Shown here piece after piece: positions 52,722 to 61,254 of a stretch of 64,000 nucleotides of DNA (the first letter of the stretch is position 1; the number at the start of each line of letters is the position of its first letter). Location: NCBI GenBank assembly GCA_019114005.1, contig DXGH01000010.1:6723-70722 (forward strand). The letters run 5' to 3'. Below the pieces are notes generated by a model. The model was not told where the DNA came from, did not search any database, and worked only from the letters and a program-made list of their open reading frames with translations. The position numbers and the translations under genes are program-made. This DNA is from Candidatus Acetatifactor stercoripullorum (GTDB lineage: Bacteria > Bacillota > Clostridia > Lachnospirales > Lachnospiraceae).

Positions 52722-53255
52722 TTATTCTGCTGCAGGCGCTTCCTCAGAAGCAGGCGCTTCGCAGGCAGCTGCTCCGCCTTTTTCCGCCAGCTGGTTCATA
52801 ACGCGTGCGAAATTGGTAATAGGGCTCTTCATGCTTCCCAGCAATCTGGAAAGCAGCACGTCTCTGGAAGGAATTTCCGCAATGGAAGCCATTCCGTTCG
52901 CGTCATATACAGTGCCTTCCACCATGCCGGCCTTAATCTCAAGCTTATTAGCCGTCTTTGCAAACTGTGCCAGTATTCTGGCAGGCGCCGTTGCGTCGTC
53001 TGTGGAAATAGCCACTGCGCTGGGGCCTTCCAGATACTGCAGCAGGCCTTCGCAATCTGTTCCCTTGAACGCAAAGTTCATCAGGGTGTTTTTGTAAACC
53101 TTGTAGGTCACTCCTGCTTCGCGAAGATTCTTGCGCAGCTGGGTATCCTGCTCCACAGTAAGCCCGCGGTAATCAACCAGCACGACAGACTGTGCGTCTT
53201 TGATGCTGGATGAAATTTCTTCCACAATGGGCTGTTTTAATTCAATCTTTGCCAT
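52722..53255 (-). CDS. rplJ: 50S ribosomal protein L10
   Basis: DYRGLTV, VYKNTL, PSRDVLLSRLLG. Confidence 0.99.
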   Translation of the reverse strand: MAKIELKQPIVEEISSSIKDAQSVVLVDYRGLTVEQDTQLRKNLREAGVTYKVYKNTLMNFAFKGTDCEGLLQYLEGPSAVAISTDDATAPARILAQFAKTANKLEIKAGMVEGTVYDANGMASIAEIPSRDVLLSRLLGSMKSPITNFARVMNQLAEKGGAAACEAPASEEAPAAE

Positions 53256-53284
53256 TTCTTTACCTCCTTTTAGATTTAAGAGCT

Positions 53285-53402
53285 AAAAAAAGCTCCCTGA
53301 AGACTCAGAGAGATAACGTAATCGATGTACTGCAATCAATGTGTATCCTTCTCCTCGGCAGGACTTACGCTCGGTCTCCCTCGCACCTGCTGTCTTCGGT
53401 TC
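53285..53402 (-). ncRNA. L10 leader (rplJ attenuator) with terminator
   Basis: CCGAAGACAGCAGG...UAA GUCCUGCCGAGG core typical of the L10 leader; terminator CUCUCUGA-GUCU-UCAGGGAG-C-U7. Confidence 0.85.
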
Positions 53403-53419
53403 GGTTTCTAACCTTATAG

Positions 53420-53448
53420 AGAATACCACAGGGGCTGTCTTATGTCAA
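53420..53448 (-). promoter_or_regulatory. rplJL promoter overlapping the rplA 3' hairpin
   Basis: TTGACA (53448-53443) - N17 - TATTCT with extended TG; lies within the CCACAGGGG...CCCCTGTGG inverted repeat. Confidence 0.75.
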
Positions 53449-53478
53449 CCCCCTGTGGCGCTTCTTTTACTATTACGC

Positions 53479-54168
53479 TTAGTACCCAGCTACGCTTACC
53501 TTTACGCCAGGTCCCATTGTGCTGGTAAGGGTAATGCTTCTTAAGTACTGTCCCTTCACTGCGCTGGGCTTTGCCTTCACAATGGCCTCCATCAGTGCAT
53601 TGAAGTTTTCCTGAAGAGCCTCCTCTGTAAAGGAAACCTTTCCTACGGGAACATGCACAATGTTGGTCTTGTCCAGTCTGTACTCAATCTTACCTGCTTT
53701 GATATCGGCGATGGCCTTCGCCACATCCATGGTTACCGTACCAGCCTTGGGATTGGGCATCAAACCCTTGGGTCCAAGCACTTTACCCAGACGACCTACA
53801 ACACCCATCATGTCAGGGGTTGCCACCACTACATCAAAGTCAAGCCAGCCATCGTTCTGGATTTTGGGGATGAGCTCCTCTCCTCCCACATAATCAGCGC
53901 CAGCCGCTTCTGCTTCACTTACTTTATCACCCTTTGCAAATACAAGAACGCGCACCGTCTTGCCGGTTCCGTTGGGCAGCACCACCGCGCCGCGGATCTG
54001 CTGCTCTGCATGACGTCCGTCGCAGCCGGTTCTGATATGCACTTCAACGGTCTCATCAAATTTCGCGGTTGCAGTCTTTTTTACAAGCGCAATTGCTTCC
54101 GCAGGCTCATATAATGTTGTGCGGTCTACAAGCTTTGCAGCCTCAACATATTTCTTACCATGTTTCAT
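53479..54168 (-). CDS. rplA: 50S ribosomal protein L1
   Basis: [33 protein letters not shown]. Confidence 0.99.
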   Translation of the reverse strand: MKHGKKYVEAAKLVDRTTLYEPAEAIALVKKTATAKFDETVEVHIRTGCDGRHAEQQIRGAVVLPNGTGKTVRVLVFAKGDKVSEAEAAGADYVGGEELIPKIQNDGWLDFDVVVATPDMMGVVGRLGKVLGPKGLMPNPKAGTVTMDVAKAIADIKAGKIEYRLDKTNIVHVPVGKVSFTEEALQENFNALMEAIVKAKPSAVKGQYLRSITLTSTMGPGVKVSVAGY

Positions 54169-54230
54169 TCTTTTACCTCCTAGGTTCCAACGACAATCAT
54201 TCAATTGTCTCCCAAATTATTTTGTTTTCA

Positions 54231-54656
54231 CTAATCCTCTACAGTAATACCCATGCTGCGCGCGGTACCCGCAATCATGCTCATGGCTGCCTCGAGGCTG
54301 GCCGCGTTTAAATCGGGCATTTTCAGCTCGGCAATCTCCTGAAGCTTTGCCTTGGAGATGGAAGCCACCTTGGTCTTGTTGGGTACTGCGGAGCCTGATT
54401 TCAGGTTGCAGGCCTTCTTCAAAAGTACTGCTGCAGGCGGAGTCTTGGTAACGAAACTGAAGCTTCTGTCTGCGTACACAGTAATCACTACAGGGATGAT
54501 CACATCACCCTTGTCTGCTGTTCTTGCGTTGAACTGCTTGGTAAATTCAACGATGTTCACGCCATGCTGTCCAAGTGCGGGACCAACTGGCGGAGCCGGT
54601 GTTGCTTTGCCGGCAGGAATCTGTAATTTGATGTATCCTTCTACTTTCTTTGCCAT
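54231..54656 (-). CDS. rplK: 50S ribosomal protein L11
   Basis: [18 protein letters not shown]. Confidence 0.99.
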   Translation of the reverse strand: MAKKVEGYIKLQIPAGKATPAPPVGPALGQHGVNIVEFTKQFNARTADKGDVIIPVVITVYADRSFSFVTKTPPAAVLLKKACNLKSGSAVPNKTKVASISKAKLQEIAELKMPDLNAASLEAAMSMIAGTARSMGITVED

Positions 54657-54674
54657 TGCGGCACCTCCTATAAT

Positions 54675-54719
54675 GTGGTAATCCGGCGCAGGGTCTTTTT
54701 TTGCTGCCCTGCTCCCACT
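54675..54719 (-). ncRNA. L1-binding r-leader upstream of rplK
   Basis: GUGGGAG-CAGGG...CCCUG...ACCAC immediately before the GGAGG RBS; the Firmicute L1-site pattern. Confidence 0.7.
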
Positions 54720-54819
54720 GCCGCCGGGCGCAAAGCCCAGCCATACGGCGGCCTTTTCCAGCGCCGTATTTATACTTTACCGGTCCGGCTTTTCGCCGAA
54801 AACCGGGAAAATATCAAAA

Positions 54820-55338
54820 TTAAAGTTTTCTGACCTCCGCAAAGCTGATCTCCACAGGGGTCTCTCTGCCAAACAGCTCCACGTTGATGGTAGCCGTCTG
54901 CTTGCCGTAGTCCAGCTTCTGCACCACGCCCACGGTATCCTTCCAGACACCGGCCACCACTGCGATACTGTCTCCCTCTGCGAAATCAATGGAGACATTT
55001 TCCGTCTTGATGCCAAGAGGCTTCATCTCAGCCTCAGTGAGCGGGACTGCCTTGCTTCCCGGTCCCACAAAGCCCGTAACGCCGCGGGTGTTGCGCACAA
55101 CATACCATGTGTCGTCGTTCATTTCCATATTGAGAAGCACATAGCCCGGAAACATCTTCTTGGGAACGGTCTTTTTCACACCGTTCTTGATTTCCACCAC
55201 ATCCTGCATGGGAACTCTGACTTCCAAAATCTGTTCTGCAAGGTGCTTGTTGTTCTCGATGGTCTTCTCAATATTGGCTTTGACTTTGTTTTCATATCCT
55301 GAATAGGTATGCACTACATACCATTTTGCCTCTGCCAT
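54820..55338 (-). CDS. nusG: Transcription termination/antitermination factor NusG
   Basis: WYVVHTYSGYENKV, FPGYVL, VELFGRETPV. Confidence 0.99.
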   Translation of the reverse strand: MAEAKWYVVHTYSGYENKVKANIEKTIENNKHLAEQILEVRVPMQDVVEIKNGVKKTVPKKMFPGYVLLNMEMNDDTWYVVRNTRGVTGFVGPGSKAVPLTEAEMKPLGIKTENVSIDFAEGDSIAVVAGVWKDTVGVVQKLDYGKQTATINVELFGRETPVEISFAEVRKL

Positions 55339-55353
55339 ACAATCAACCTCGCT

Positions 55354-55557
55354 CTATAATGATGTTAAGAAATTCACACCGTTCTGGATCACAAAATCCA
55401 GTATAGCGATGATAACTCCCAGTACCACCGAAATTGCAACAACTGCCACAGACTGCTTTAACAAAGACTGTCTGTCCGGCCATGAAATTTTCTTAAATTC
55501 AGTTTTAACGCCCTTAAAAAAGCTGGGACCCGCCTGCTTTTCTTTGGAATCTCCCAT
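55354..55557 (-). CDS. secE: Preprotein translocase SecE
   Basis: EFKKISWP plus one TM. Confidence 0.97.
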   Translation of the reverse strand: MGDSKEKQAGPSFFKGVKTEFKKISWPDRQSLLKQSVAVVAISVVLGVIIAILDFVIQNGVNFLTSL

Positions 55558-55585
55558 TTCGACCTCCCAAAATTAGAACGGCTGA

Positions 55586-55735
55586 TTATTTTGTTTCCTT
55601 GTGCAGTGTATGGGTTCTGCAGAATCTACAATATTTCTTGATTTCCATTCTGTCGGGATGAGTTTTCTTATCCTTGGTAGTATTGTAGTTACGCTGCTTG
55701 CATTCTGTACATGCTAAGGTGATTTTTGTACGCAT
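55586..55735 (-). CDS. rpmG: 50S ribosomal protein L33, zinc-binding (C+) type (absent from the ORF track)
   Basis: [49 protein letters not shown]. Confidence 0.98.
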   Translation of the reverse strand: MRTKITLACTECKQRNYNTTKDKKTHPDRMEIKKYCRFCRTHTLHKETK

Positions 55736-55831
55736 TTTTGCTACCTCCACGTATTTTCTGTTCTTTTTTAATCAAGTATGCTTTATAAATTTAAGCATAA
55801 AAAAAAGACCTAAATCTTATCTCGTTTGAAT

Positions 55832-55860
55832 ACTATAACACAGCAGGACGCTTCCGTCAA
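55832..55860 (-). promoter_or_regulatory. rpmG-secE-nusG promoter
   Basis: TTGACG - N17 - TATAGT with extended TG. Confidence 0.75.
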
Positions 55861-55888
55861 CTGTTTTTTCGGGGGAATCCCCGCTTTT
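55861..55888. repeat. Direct repeat copy 1 flanking the TA cassette
   Basis: CTGTTTTTTCGGGGGAATCCCCGCTTTT; internal CGGGG-N4-CCCCG palindrome. Confidence 0.9.
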
Positions 55889-55917
55889 GATATCCATCCT
55901 GCCATACATATAGGTAC

Positions 55918-56217
55918 TTATTCAAAAATCCTCATAATATCCCTATACCGATTTACCACCCGGTAAATCTCAACATACTCTTTCCCTGCCTTATAAAGGA
56001 TCACATAATTTTTCCAAACCGCGTACTTATAATCTGTTCGAAAACTGACTCTTTTGGAGAGATCAGCACCTATTTCCGGAAACATTTGAATATTCTCAAA
56101 TTTATCATAAATTTCTTTGATCGTATTTGCAGCGTATTCCGGATTATCTTCAGCAATATAATCACGAATTTCTTTTAAATCCGTTGCAACTAACGGGTTG
56201 ATTCGTAATTTCAGCAT
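55918..56217 (-). CDS. Type II toxin, RelE/ParE family
   Basis: ATDLKEIRDYIAEDNP...YVILY...VEIYRVVNRYRD. Confidence 0.9.
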   Translation of the reverse strand: MLKLRINPLVATDLKEIRDYIAEDNPEYAANTIKEIYDKFENIQMFPEIGADLSKRVSFRTDYKYAVWKNYVILYKAGKEYVEIYRVVNRYRDIMRIFE

Positions 56218-56220
56218 AGC

Positions 56221-56469
56221 CTATTCCCCCACAAGTGCTTTTAATTCGTCCAGGCTGAGCCAGCCTTCACCGTCTTTCACTGCCTCTTCCGCCTCCTGCA
56301 GCTTCATTAACAGCTTTTTCTCTGCACGATCACGCTCATAATCCTCTATATCAAGCACCACAAAACGCCCTCTGCCATTTTTCGTCAAAAACACCGGTTC
56401 CCCAATCCTGCAATTCTTTAGAACTTCATTATAATTTCTCAAATCAGATACTGGTAAAATATTCGCCAT
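56221..56469 (-). CDS. Type II antitoxin, Phd/YefM family
   Basis: ILPVSDLRNYNEVL...PVFLTKNGRGRFVVLDIEDYE. Confidence 0.92.
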   Translation of the reverse strand: MANILPVSDLRNYNEVLKNCRIGEPVFLTKNGRGRFVVLDIEDYERDRAEKKLLMKLQEAEEAVKDGEGWLSLDELKALVGE

Positions 56470-56510
56470 GTAACCCGTCTCCTTTTCTGATGCACGCTTT
56501 TACTACACTT

Positions 56511-56554
56511 AGTATATACAAAAAAACTGTAAAATTCAACTTAAAATTTTACAG
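56511..56554 (-). promoter_or_regulatory. TA promoter with palindromic operator
   Basis: TTGAAT (56539-56534) - N17 - TATACT (56516-56511); CTGTAAAATT-N8-AATTTTACAG (56527-56554) covers the -35. Confidence 0.8.
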
Positions 56555-56556
56555 CG

Positions 56557-56584
56557 CTGCTTTTTCGGGGCAATCCCCGCTTTT
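56557..56584. repeat. Direct repeat copy 2 flanking the TA cassette
   Basis: CTGCTTTTTCGGGGCAATCCCCGCTTTT; 26 of 28 identical to copy 1. Confidence 0.9.
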
Positions 56585-56642
56585 CCTTGTTTCTTCTTAT
56601 GTTTTATGCTAAAATCAGATTATGAGGAAAGGAGGCACAGCC

Positions 56643-57938
56643 ATGGGAGCAGCTCTTGCGGCAGTTTACAATCACTATCTTGCATCTTACGCCCCAAAGG
56701 GCCTGACGCGCTTTGACGCCCACAAAAGCAGTGAGCTGAGGAGCATTTATAATTCCATGGTTAAGCTCAACAAGGAAGCTCCGTGGTATCTTCCCACCAC
56801 AAATCAGGAAACGAAGCAGTATGTGGTGGCTTTAAAGGAAAACGCCCGCCAGCTGCACAACACCATTGCGCTTCTGGGGGGCTTGGAGGAAGGCGGCCTT
56901 CTGAGCAAAAAAAGCGCATTTTCTTCCAATCCGGAGCTTGTCACCGCCTCCTATATCGGCCCCCATGATTCGGAAGCCGAGTCGCCCTGTTTTGAAATTG
57001 AGGTACACGCGCTGGCTTCCCCCCAGCAAAACACGGGGCTGTTTTTGGAAGATACAAAGATTTCCTTTTCCCCTGGCACCTATTCCTTTGACATCACTGC
57101 CGGAGACATGAGCTATGAATTTCAATTTACTCTGGATGGCACGGAAACCAACAGGCAGCTGCAGGAACGCATTGCCCGCCTGATCAACAATTCTGCCATC
57201 GGCGTAAAAGCCTCTCTTGCGGAGTCGTCCTCCCGGACCTCTCTTGTGCTTACGTCGGAGGCCACCGGCATTCCCCAGGGAAAAACAGATATTTTTAAAG
57301 TCAATGATGACCATACCAGCAAAACCCCCGGCACAGTAGCCTACCTGGGTCTTGACAATATTTCCAGCAAGGCTGCAGACGCAGTCTACTCCATAAACGG
57401 ACAGAGACAAAGCTCTCCCACAAACCATTTTCACATTGAAAATCTTTTTGAGGTCAATTTAAAGGGCGTCACATCAGAGGCCGAAAGCGTGCGCATTGGA
57501 TTGAAAACAGACATTGATTCTCTTACTGACAATATCACACAGCTGATGGGCGGATACAACGCTTTTCTTCGGGCTGCTGCCTCCTTCCAGAACACCCAGG
57601 CAAAGAGCAGCCAGCTGATACACGAGTTTGAGGGAATTGCTTCCGACTATGAAAGCTCCATGAAGTCCTCCGGCCTGAACCTTACGCCGGACGGCACTGT
57701 CCAAGTAAACCGTCAGCTTCTGCATGAGACGGCAGAGCAGTCCCCGGACGCAGCACAGACCTTTGCCTTCCTTAAAAGCTTCTGCAGCCGTCTCCTTCGA
57801 AAGAGCAATCAAATTTCCTTAAATCCCATGCAGTATGTGGAGAAAAAGGTGGTGGCCTATAAAAATCCAGGCCATAATTTTATCAGCCCCTATAATGCCG
57901 CAGTCTACAGCGGCATGATGTTCAACGGATATTGTTAA
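56643..57938 (+). CDS. FliD-like (flagellar cap-related) protein
   Basis: LVLTSEATG, AVYSINGQ..SSPTN, YNAFL..., GLNLTPDGTVQVN resemble the FliD C-terminal region; the call is from recollection of Lachnospiraceae homologs. Confidence 0.6.
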   Translation: MGAALAAVYNHYLASYAPKGLTRFDAHKSSELRSIYNSMVKLNKEAPWYLPTTNQETKQYVVALKENARQLHNTIALLGGLEEGGLLSKKSAFSSNPELVTASYIGPHDSEAESPCFEIEVHALASPQQNTGLFLEDTKISFSPGTYSFDITAGDMSYEFQFTLDGTETNRQLQERIARLINNSAIGVKASLAESSSRTSLVLTSEATGIPQGKTDIFKVNDDHTSKTPGTVAYLGLDNISSKAADAVYSINGQRQSSPTNHFHIENLFEVNLKGVTSEAESVRIGLKTDIDSLTDNITQLMGGYNAFLRAAASFQNTQAKSSQLIHEFEGIASDYESSMKSSGLNLTPDGTVQVNRQLLHETAEQSPDAAQTFAFLKSFCSRLLRKSNQISLNPMQYVEKKVVAYKNPGHNFISPYNAAVYSGMMFNGYC

Positions 57939-59560
57939 AGCGGAATATTGCCGTGCTTCTTCTGCGGCTGTTCCGCTTTTTTCGTCCGAAGCATCTTAAG
58001 GGCATGCTTTATCTTCTCTCTGGATTCCTCCGGCTTGATCACTTCATTCACATACCCTCTGGAGGCTGCCACATAGGGATTCAAGAAGCGTTCCTCATAT
58101 TCCTTCTTGCACTGGGCGCGCATGGCCTCAGGGTCTGCGGACGCCTTAATCTTCCTTTTAAAGGCAATATTCACGGCGCCGTCCGCCCCCATAACTGCAA
58201 TCTCCGCAATAGGCCATGCGAATACCATATCCGCTCCCATCTCCTTGGAATTCATGGCAATGTAGGCTCCGCCGTAGGCCTTGCGCATGATCAGGGTGAT
58301 TTTGGGCACAGTGGCTTCCGAATAAGCGTAAAGCACCTTGGCTCCGTGGCGGATGATGCCGTTATGCTCCTGTGCGGTTCCCGGCAGGAAAGCGGGCACA
58401 TCCACCAGCGTAATCAAGGGAATGTTAAAACAATCGCAGAAACGGATAAAGCGGGCCATTTTGTCTGAAGCATGGTAATCCAGGGAGCCGCACAGCTGGC
58501 TGGGCTGATTGGCCACAAGGCCCACGCTTTCACCATCCATTCTGGCAAAGCCCACCACAATATTGGGGGCAAACTCCTTCTGCACCTCGAAAAAGCTGCC
58601 CTCATCGGCAATGCAGCCAATCACCTTCTTGACATCATAGGCAATTCGGGAATTGTCCGGAACAATATCAGTCAAGCCGGCACAGGGATTTTCCACATCC
58701 TTCTCGGAATGCCTTTTGCGCAGCTTGATCTTTTCAAACACCTTGTTCACTGAAAATCCGGCGGACTCCTTATGGGTCTCCCGGTTGATCACAGGGGCCT
58801 TTTCCAGATAGCTTCCCGGCAGATAGGTCAAAAGCTTCCGCACAGCCATCAGACACTCTCCCTCTGTATCAAAGGTGAAATGAGACACGCCGCTTTTTTT
58901 TGCGTGCACCTGGGCCCCACCCAGCTCTTCCACACTCACCTCCTCATTGATCACAGTTTTTACCACATTGGGACCCGTGATAAACATTTTAGAGGTGTCC
59001 TTTACCATAAAAATAAAGTCACAGATAGCCGGGGCGTAGCAGGCGCCTCCCGAGCAGGGCCCCAAAATCACCGCAATCTGCGGAATCATTCCCGATGCCT
59101 TCGTGTGGCGTAAAAACATGCCGCTGTAGCCGCTCAGGGAAGAAATTCCCTCTTCGATTCTGGCGCCGCCGCTGTCGTTGATACAGATCAAGGGAGCCTT
59201 CATCTCCATGGCCATGTCCTGTATCCTGGTAATCTTAAAGGAGTGATACTCTCCCAGGGTTCCGCCGATCACCGTAAAATCCTCGCTGGCAGCAAACACA
59301 AGACGTCCGTCAATCTCACCGTAGCCTGTGACCACACCGTCCCCCGGCGCTCGTCTCTTATCCAGATCAAAATCGTTGATTCTGGACTCCACAAAGCCGT
59401 CCACCTCCACAAAGGTACCCTTATCAAACAATATCTCAAGCCGCTCTCTGGCTGTCAGCTTTCCCTGTGCATGCTGCTTATCAATTTTCAGCTGTCCGCC
59501 GCCCAGGGCCGCCTTTCCTCTTCTTTCGTCCAGATCCAGCAATGCCTGTTCCCAATTCAT
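57935..59560 (-). CDS. Acyl-CoA carboxylase/decarboxylase carboxyltransferase subunit (PccB/MmdA-like)
   Basis: GKLTARERL, PGDGVVTGYG, DSGGARIEEG, DVPAFLPG, RKAYGGAY, HGNIPL. Confidence 0.93.
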   Translation of the reverse strand: MNWEQALLDLDERRGKAALGGGQLKIDKQHAQGKLTARERLEILFDKGTFVEVDGFVESRINDFDLDKRRAPGDGVVTGYGEIDGRLVFAASEDFTVIGGTLGEYHSFKITRIQDMAMEMKAPLICINDSGGARIEEGISSLSGYSGMFLRHTKASGMIPQIAVILGPCSGGACYAPAICDFIFMVKDTSKMFITGPNVVKTVINEEVSVEELGGAQVHAKKSGVSHFTFDTEGECLMAVRKLLTYLPGSYLEKAPVINRETHKESAGFSVNKVFEKIKLRKRHSEKDVENPCAGLTDIVPDNSRIAYDVKKVIGCIADEGSFFEVQKEFAPNIVVGFARMDGESVGLVANQPSQLCGSLDYHASDKMARFIRFCDCFNIPLITLVDVPAFLPGTAQEHNGIIRHGAKVLYAYSEATVPKITLIMRKAYGGAYIAMNSKEMGADMVFAWPIAEIAVMGADGAVNIAFKRKIKASADPEAMRAQCKKEYEERFLNPYVAASRGYVNEVIKPEESREKIKHALKMLRTKKAEQPQKKHGNIPL

Positions 59561-59657
59561 ACTCACTTCACTCCTCAAAATATTTGAATTTCAATTCTTT
59601 TGATTCTCAAACTATTTAACATGATAACAGCATTGCACAAAAAAGGCAAGCAGATTT

Positions 59658-60782
59658 TTACATCTGCCCGCCTTCTTTCTCAGCCAGCGCAAGAGCCGCC
59701 TCTATCACTTTGTCCATATCATAATACCGATACTGTCCCAGCCTGCCGCCAAACACTACGTTCTTTTCCTCTTTGGCAAGCTCCTGATACCGGGCAAAGA
59801 GCCTGGTGTTTCGCTCATCGTTTACAGGATAATAGGGCTCGTCCCCCCTTTTCCAGGCGGCCGGATATTCCCTTGTGATCACAGTATCCGGCTGGGCGCC
59901 AAATTCAAAATGCTTATGCTCAATGATTCTGGTGTAGGGAACCTCCCTTTCCGTGTAGTTGACCACCGCATTTCCCTGATAATTGGCGCAGCCCTCCAGT
60001 ATCTCCTCCTCAAAGCGAAGGGTTCTGTACTGCAGCTCTCCCAGCCTGTAGTCAAAGTACTCGTCAATCATTCCGGTATAAAGCACACGCTCAAAGGTAT
60101 CCGGCTGCTCCTTTGCGGCATTCTCCGCCAGAAAATCCCGGTAGGAAATCCCCAGCCGCACAGGCATATCCCCTATCAGTTTTTCTACAATCCGGGTATA
60201 TCCCCCCACGGGAATCCCCTGATATCGGTCCGTAAAATAATTGTTATCGTAGGTAAACCTTACCGGAAGCCGTTTGATAATAAAGGCCGGGAGCTCCCTG
60301 CAGTCCCTTCCCCATTGCTTTTCCGTGTAACCCTTCACCAGCTTTTCATATACGTCCCTTCCCACCAGGGACAAGGCCTGCTCTTCCAGGTTCTGCGGTT
60401 CTTCCACAAAGCAGTCCCTTCGCTGCTCTTCAATGATATCCATAGCCTCCCTGGGAGTGCGTATCCCCCACATTTTGCTGAAGGTATTCATATTAAAGGG
60501 CAGATTATACAGCTCGTCCCGCCAGATTGCCACGGGGGAGTTGATATAATTGTTAAATTCTGCAAATTGATTCATATACTCCCATATATGTCGATTGGAG
60601 GTGTGAAAAATGTGGGCGCCGTATTTATGCACCTGTATCCCCTTTTCTTCACAGGTATAAATATTGCCGCCGATGTTTTTTCTCTGATCAATGAGCAGGC
60701 AGGCCCTTCCCCTCCTGTTCATCTCATGGGCAAAGACGGAGCCAAACAGGCCCGTACCCACAATCAGCCAGTGATATTTCAT
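59658..60782 (-). CDS. glf: UDP-galactopyranose mutase
   Basis: VGTGLFG, HKYGAHIFHT, YTEKQWG, EPYYPVND, GRLGQYRYYDMD. Confidence 0.97.
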   Translation of the reverse strand: MKYHWLIVGTGLFGSVFAHEMNRRGRACLLIDQRKNIGGNIYTCEEKGIQVHKYGAHIFHTSNRHIWEYMNQFAEFNNYINSPVAIWRDELYNLPFNMNTFSKMWGIRTPREAMDIIEEQRRDCFVEEPQNLEEQALSLVGRDVYEKLVKGYTEKQWGRDCRELPAFIIKRLPVRFTYDNNYFTDRYQGIPVGGYTRIVEKLIGDMPVRLGISYRDFLAENAAKEQPDTFERVLYTGMIDEYFDYRLGELQYRTLRFEEEILEGCANYQGNAVVNYTEREVPYTRIIEHKHFEFGAQPDTVITREYPAAWKRGDEPYYPVNDERNTRLFARYQELAKEEKNVVFGGRLGQYRYYDMDKVIEAALALAEKEGGQM

Positions 60783-61129
60783 TTGCTTTTCTTCCCTTTT
60801 GCCTTGTATTTATCGATTTGTACAAAGTCGTCCATCAGCTCCAGAACCTTGTCCCGCCCAGTCTGGTTGAGCTTCACATAGTACTGCATCACTCTGTTTT
60901 CCAGAAGCTGCGCGCCCAAAGGCGTATCCCGCTCCAGGGAGGAGAAATCCACAGGGTTTAAGCTCAGCTTATCGCACATCTTAATCACCGTGCCATAAGC
61001 CATTCCTTCGATTCCGCGCTCCAGAGCCGTAACCAGGGTGCTGTAGGGGATGTTCATTTCCAGCGCGAACTGGCGCACACTGCGGTATTGCCGCAAAATC
61101 TCTTTCTTCAAAATCTCTGCTTTTGTCAT
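60779..61129 (-). CDS. XRE-like helix-turn-helix protein translationally coupled to glf
   Basis: SVRQFALEMNIPYSTLVTALERG; GGAGG 8 nt before MTKAE; ATGA overlap with glf. Confidence 0.7.
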   Translation of the reverse strand: MTKAEILKKEILRQYRSVRQFALEMNIPYSTLVTALERGIEGMAYGTVIKMCDKLSLNPVDFSSLERDTPLGAQLLENRVMQYYVKLNQTGRDKVLELMDDFVQIDKYKAKGKKSK

Positions 61130-61254
61130 CTTCATTTCCTCCATTATGCTGTCATTTATGCTGTCAAAGTAGTGCATAAGGTTAATATACGATATTCCGT
61201 CTGCCATTGCAAGACAAAATCTAAAAATTAAGATTCTTCACAAAACCTTTAGAA

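Noticed and set aside
54181-54230. Possible second L1-binding site before rplA (UUGGGAG...AACCUA)
   Set aside because: Closing helix has a U-U mismatch; too degenerate to call without a covariance model
55861-56584. Flanking repeats contain GCGGGGAT (- strand), like the type I-E CRISPR repeat 3' end
   Set aside because: Only two copies, 668 bp apart and enclosing genes; no cas genes; not an array
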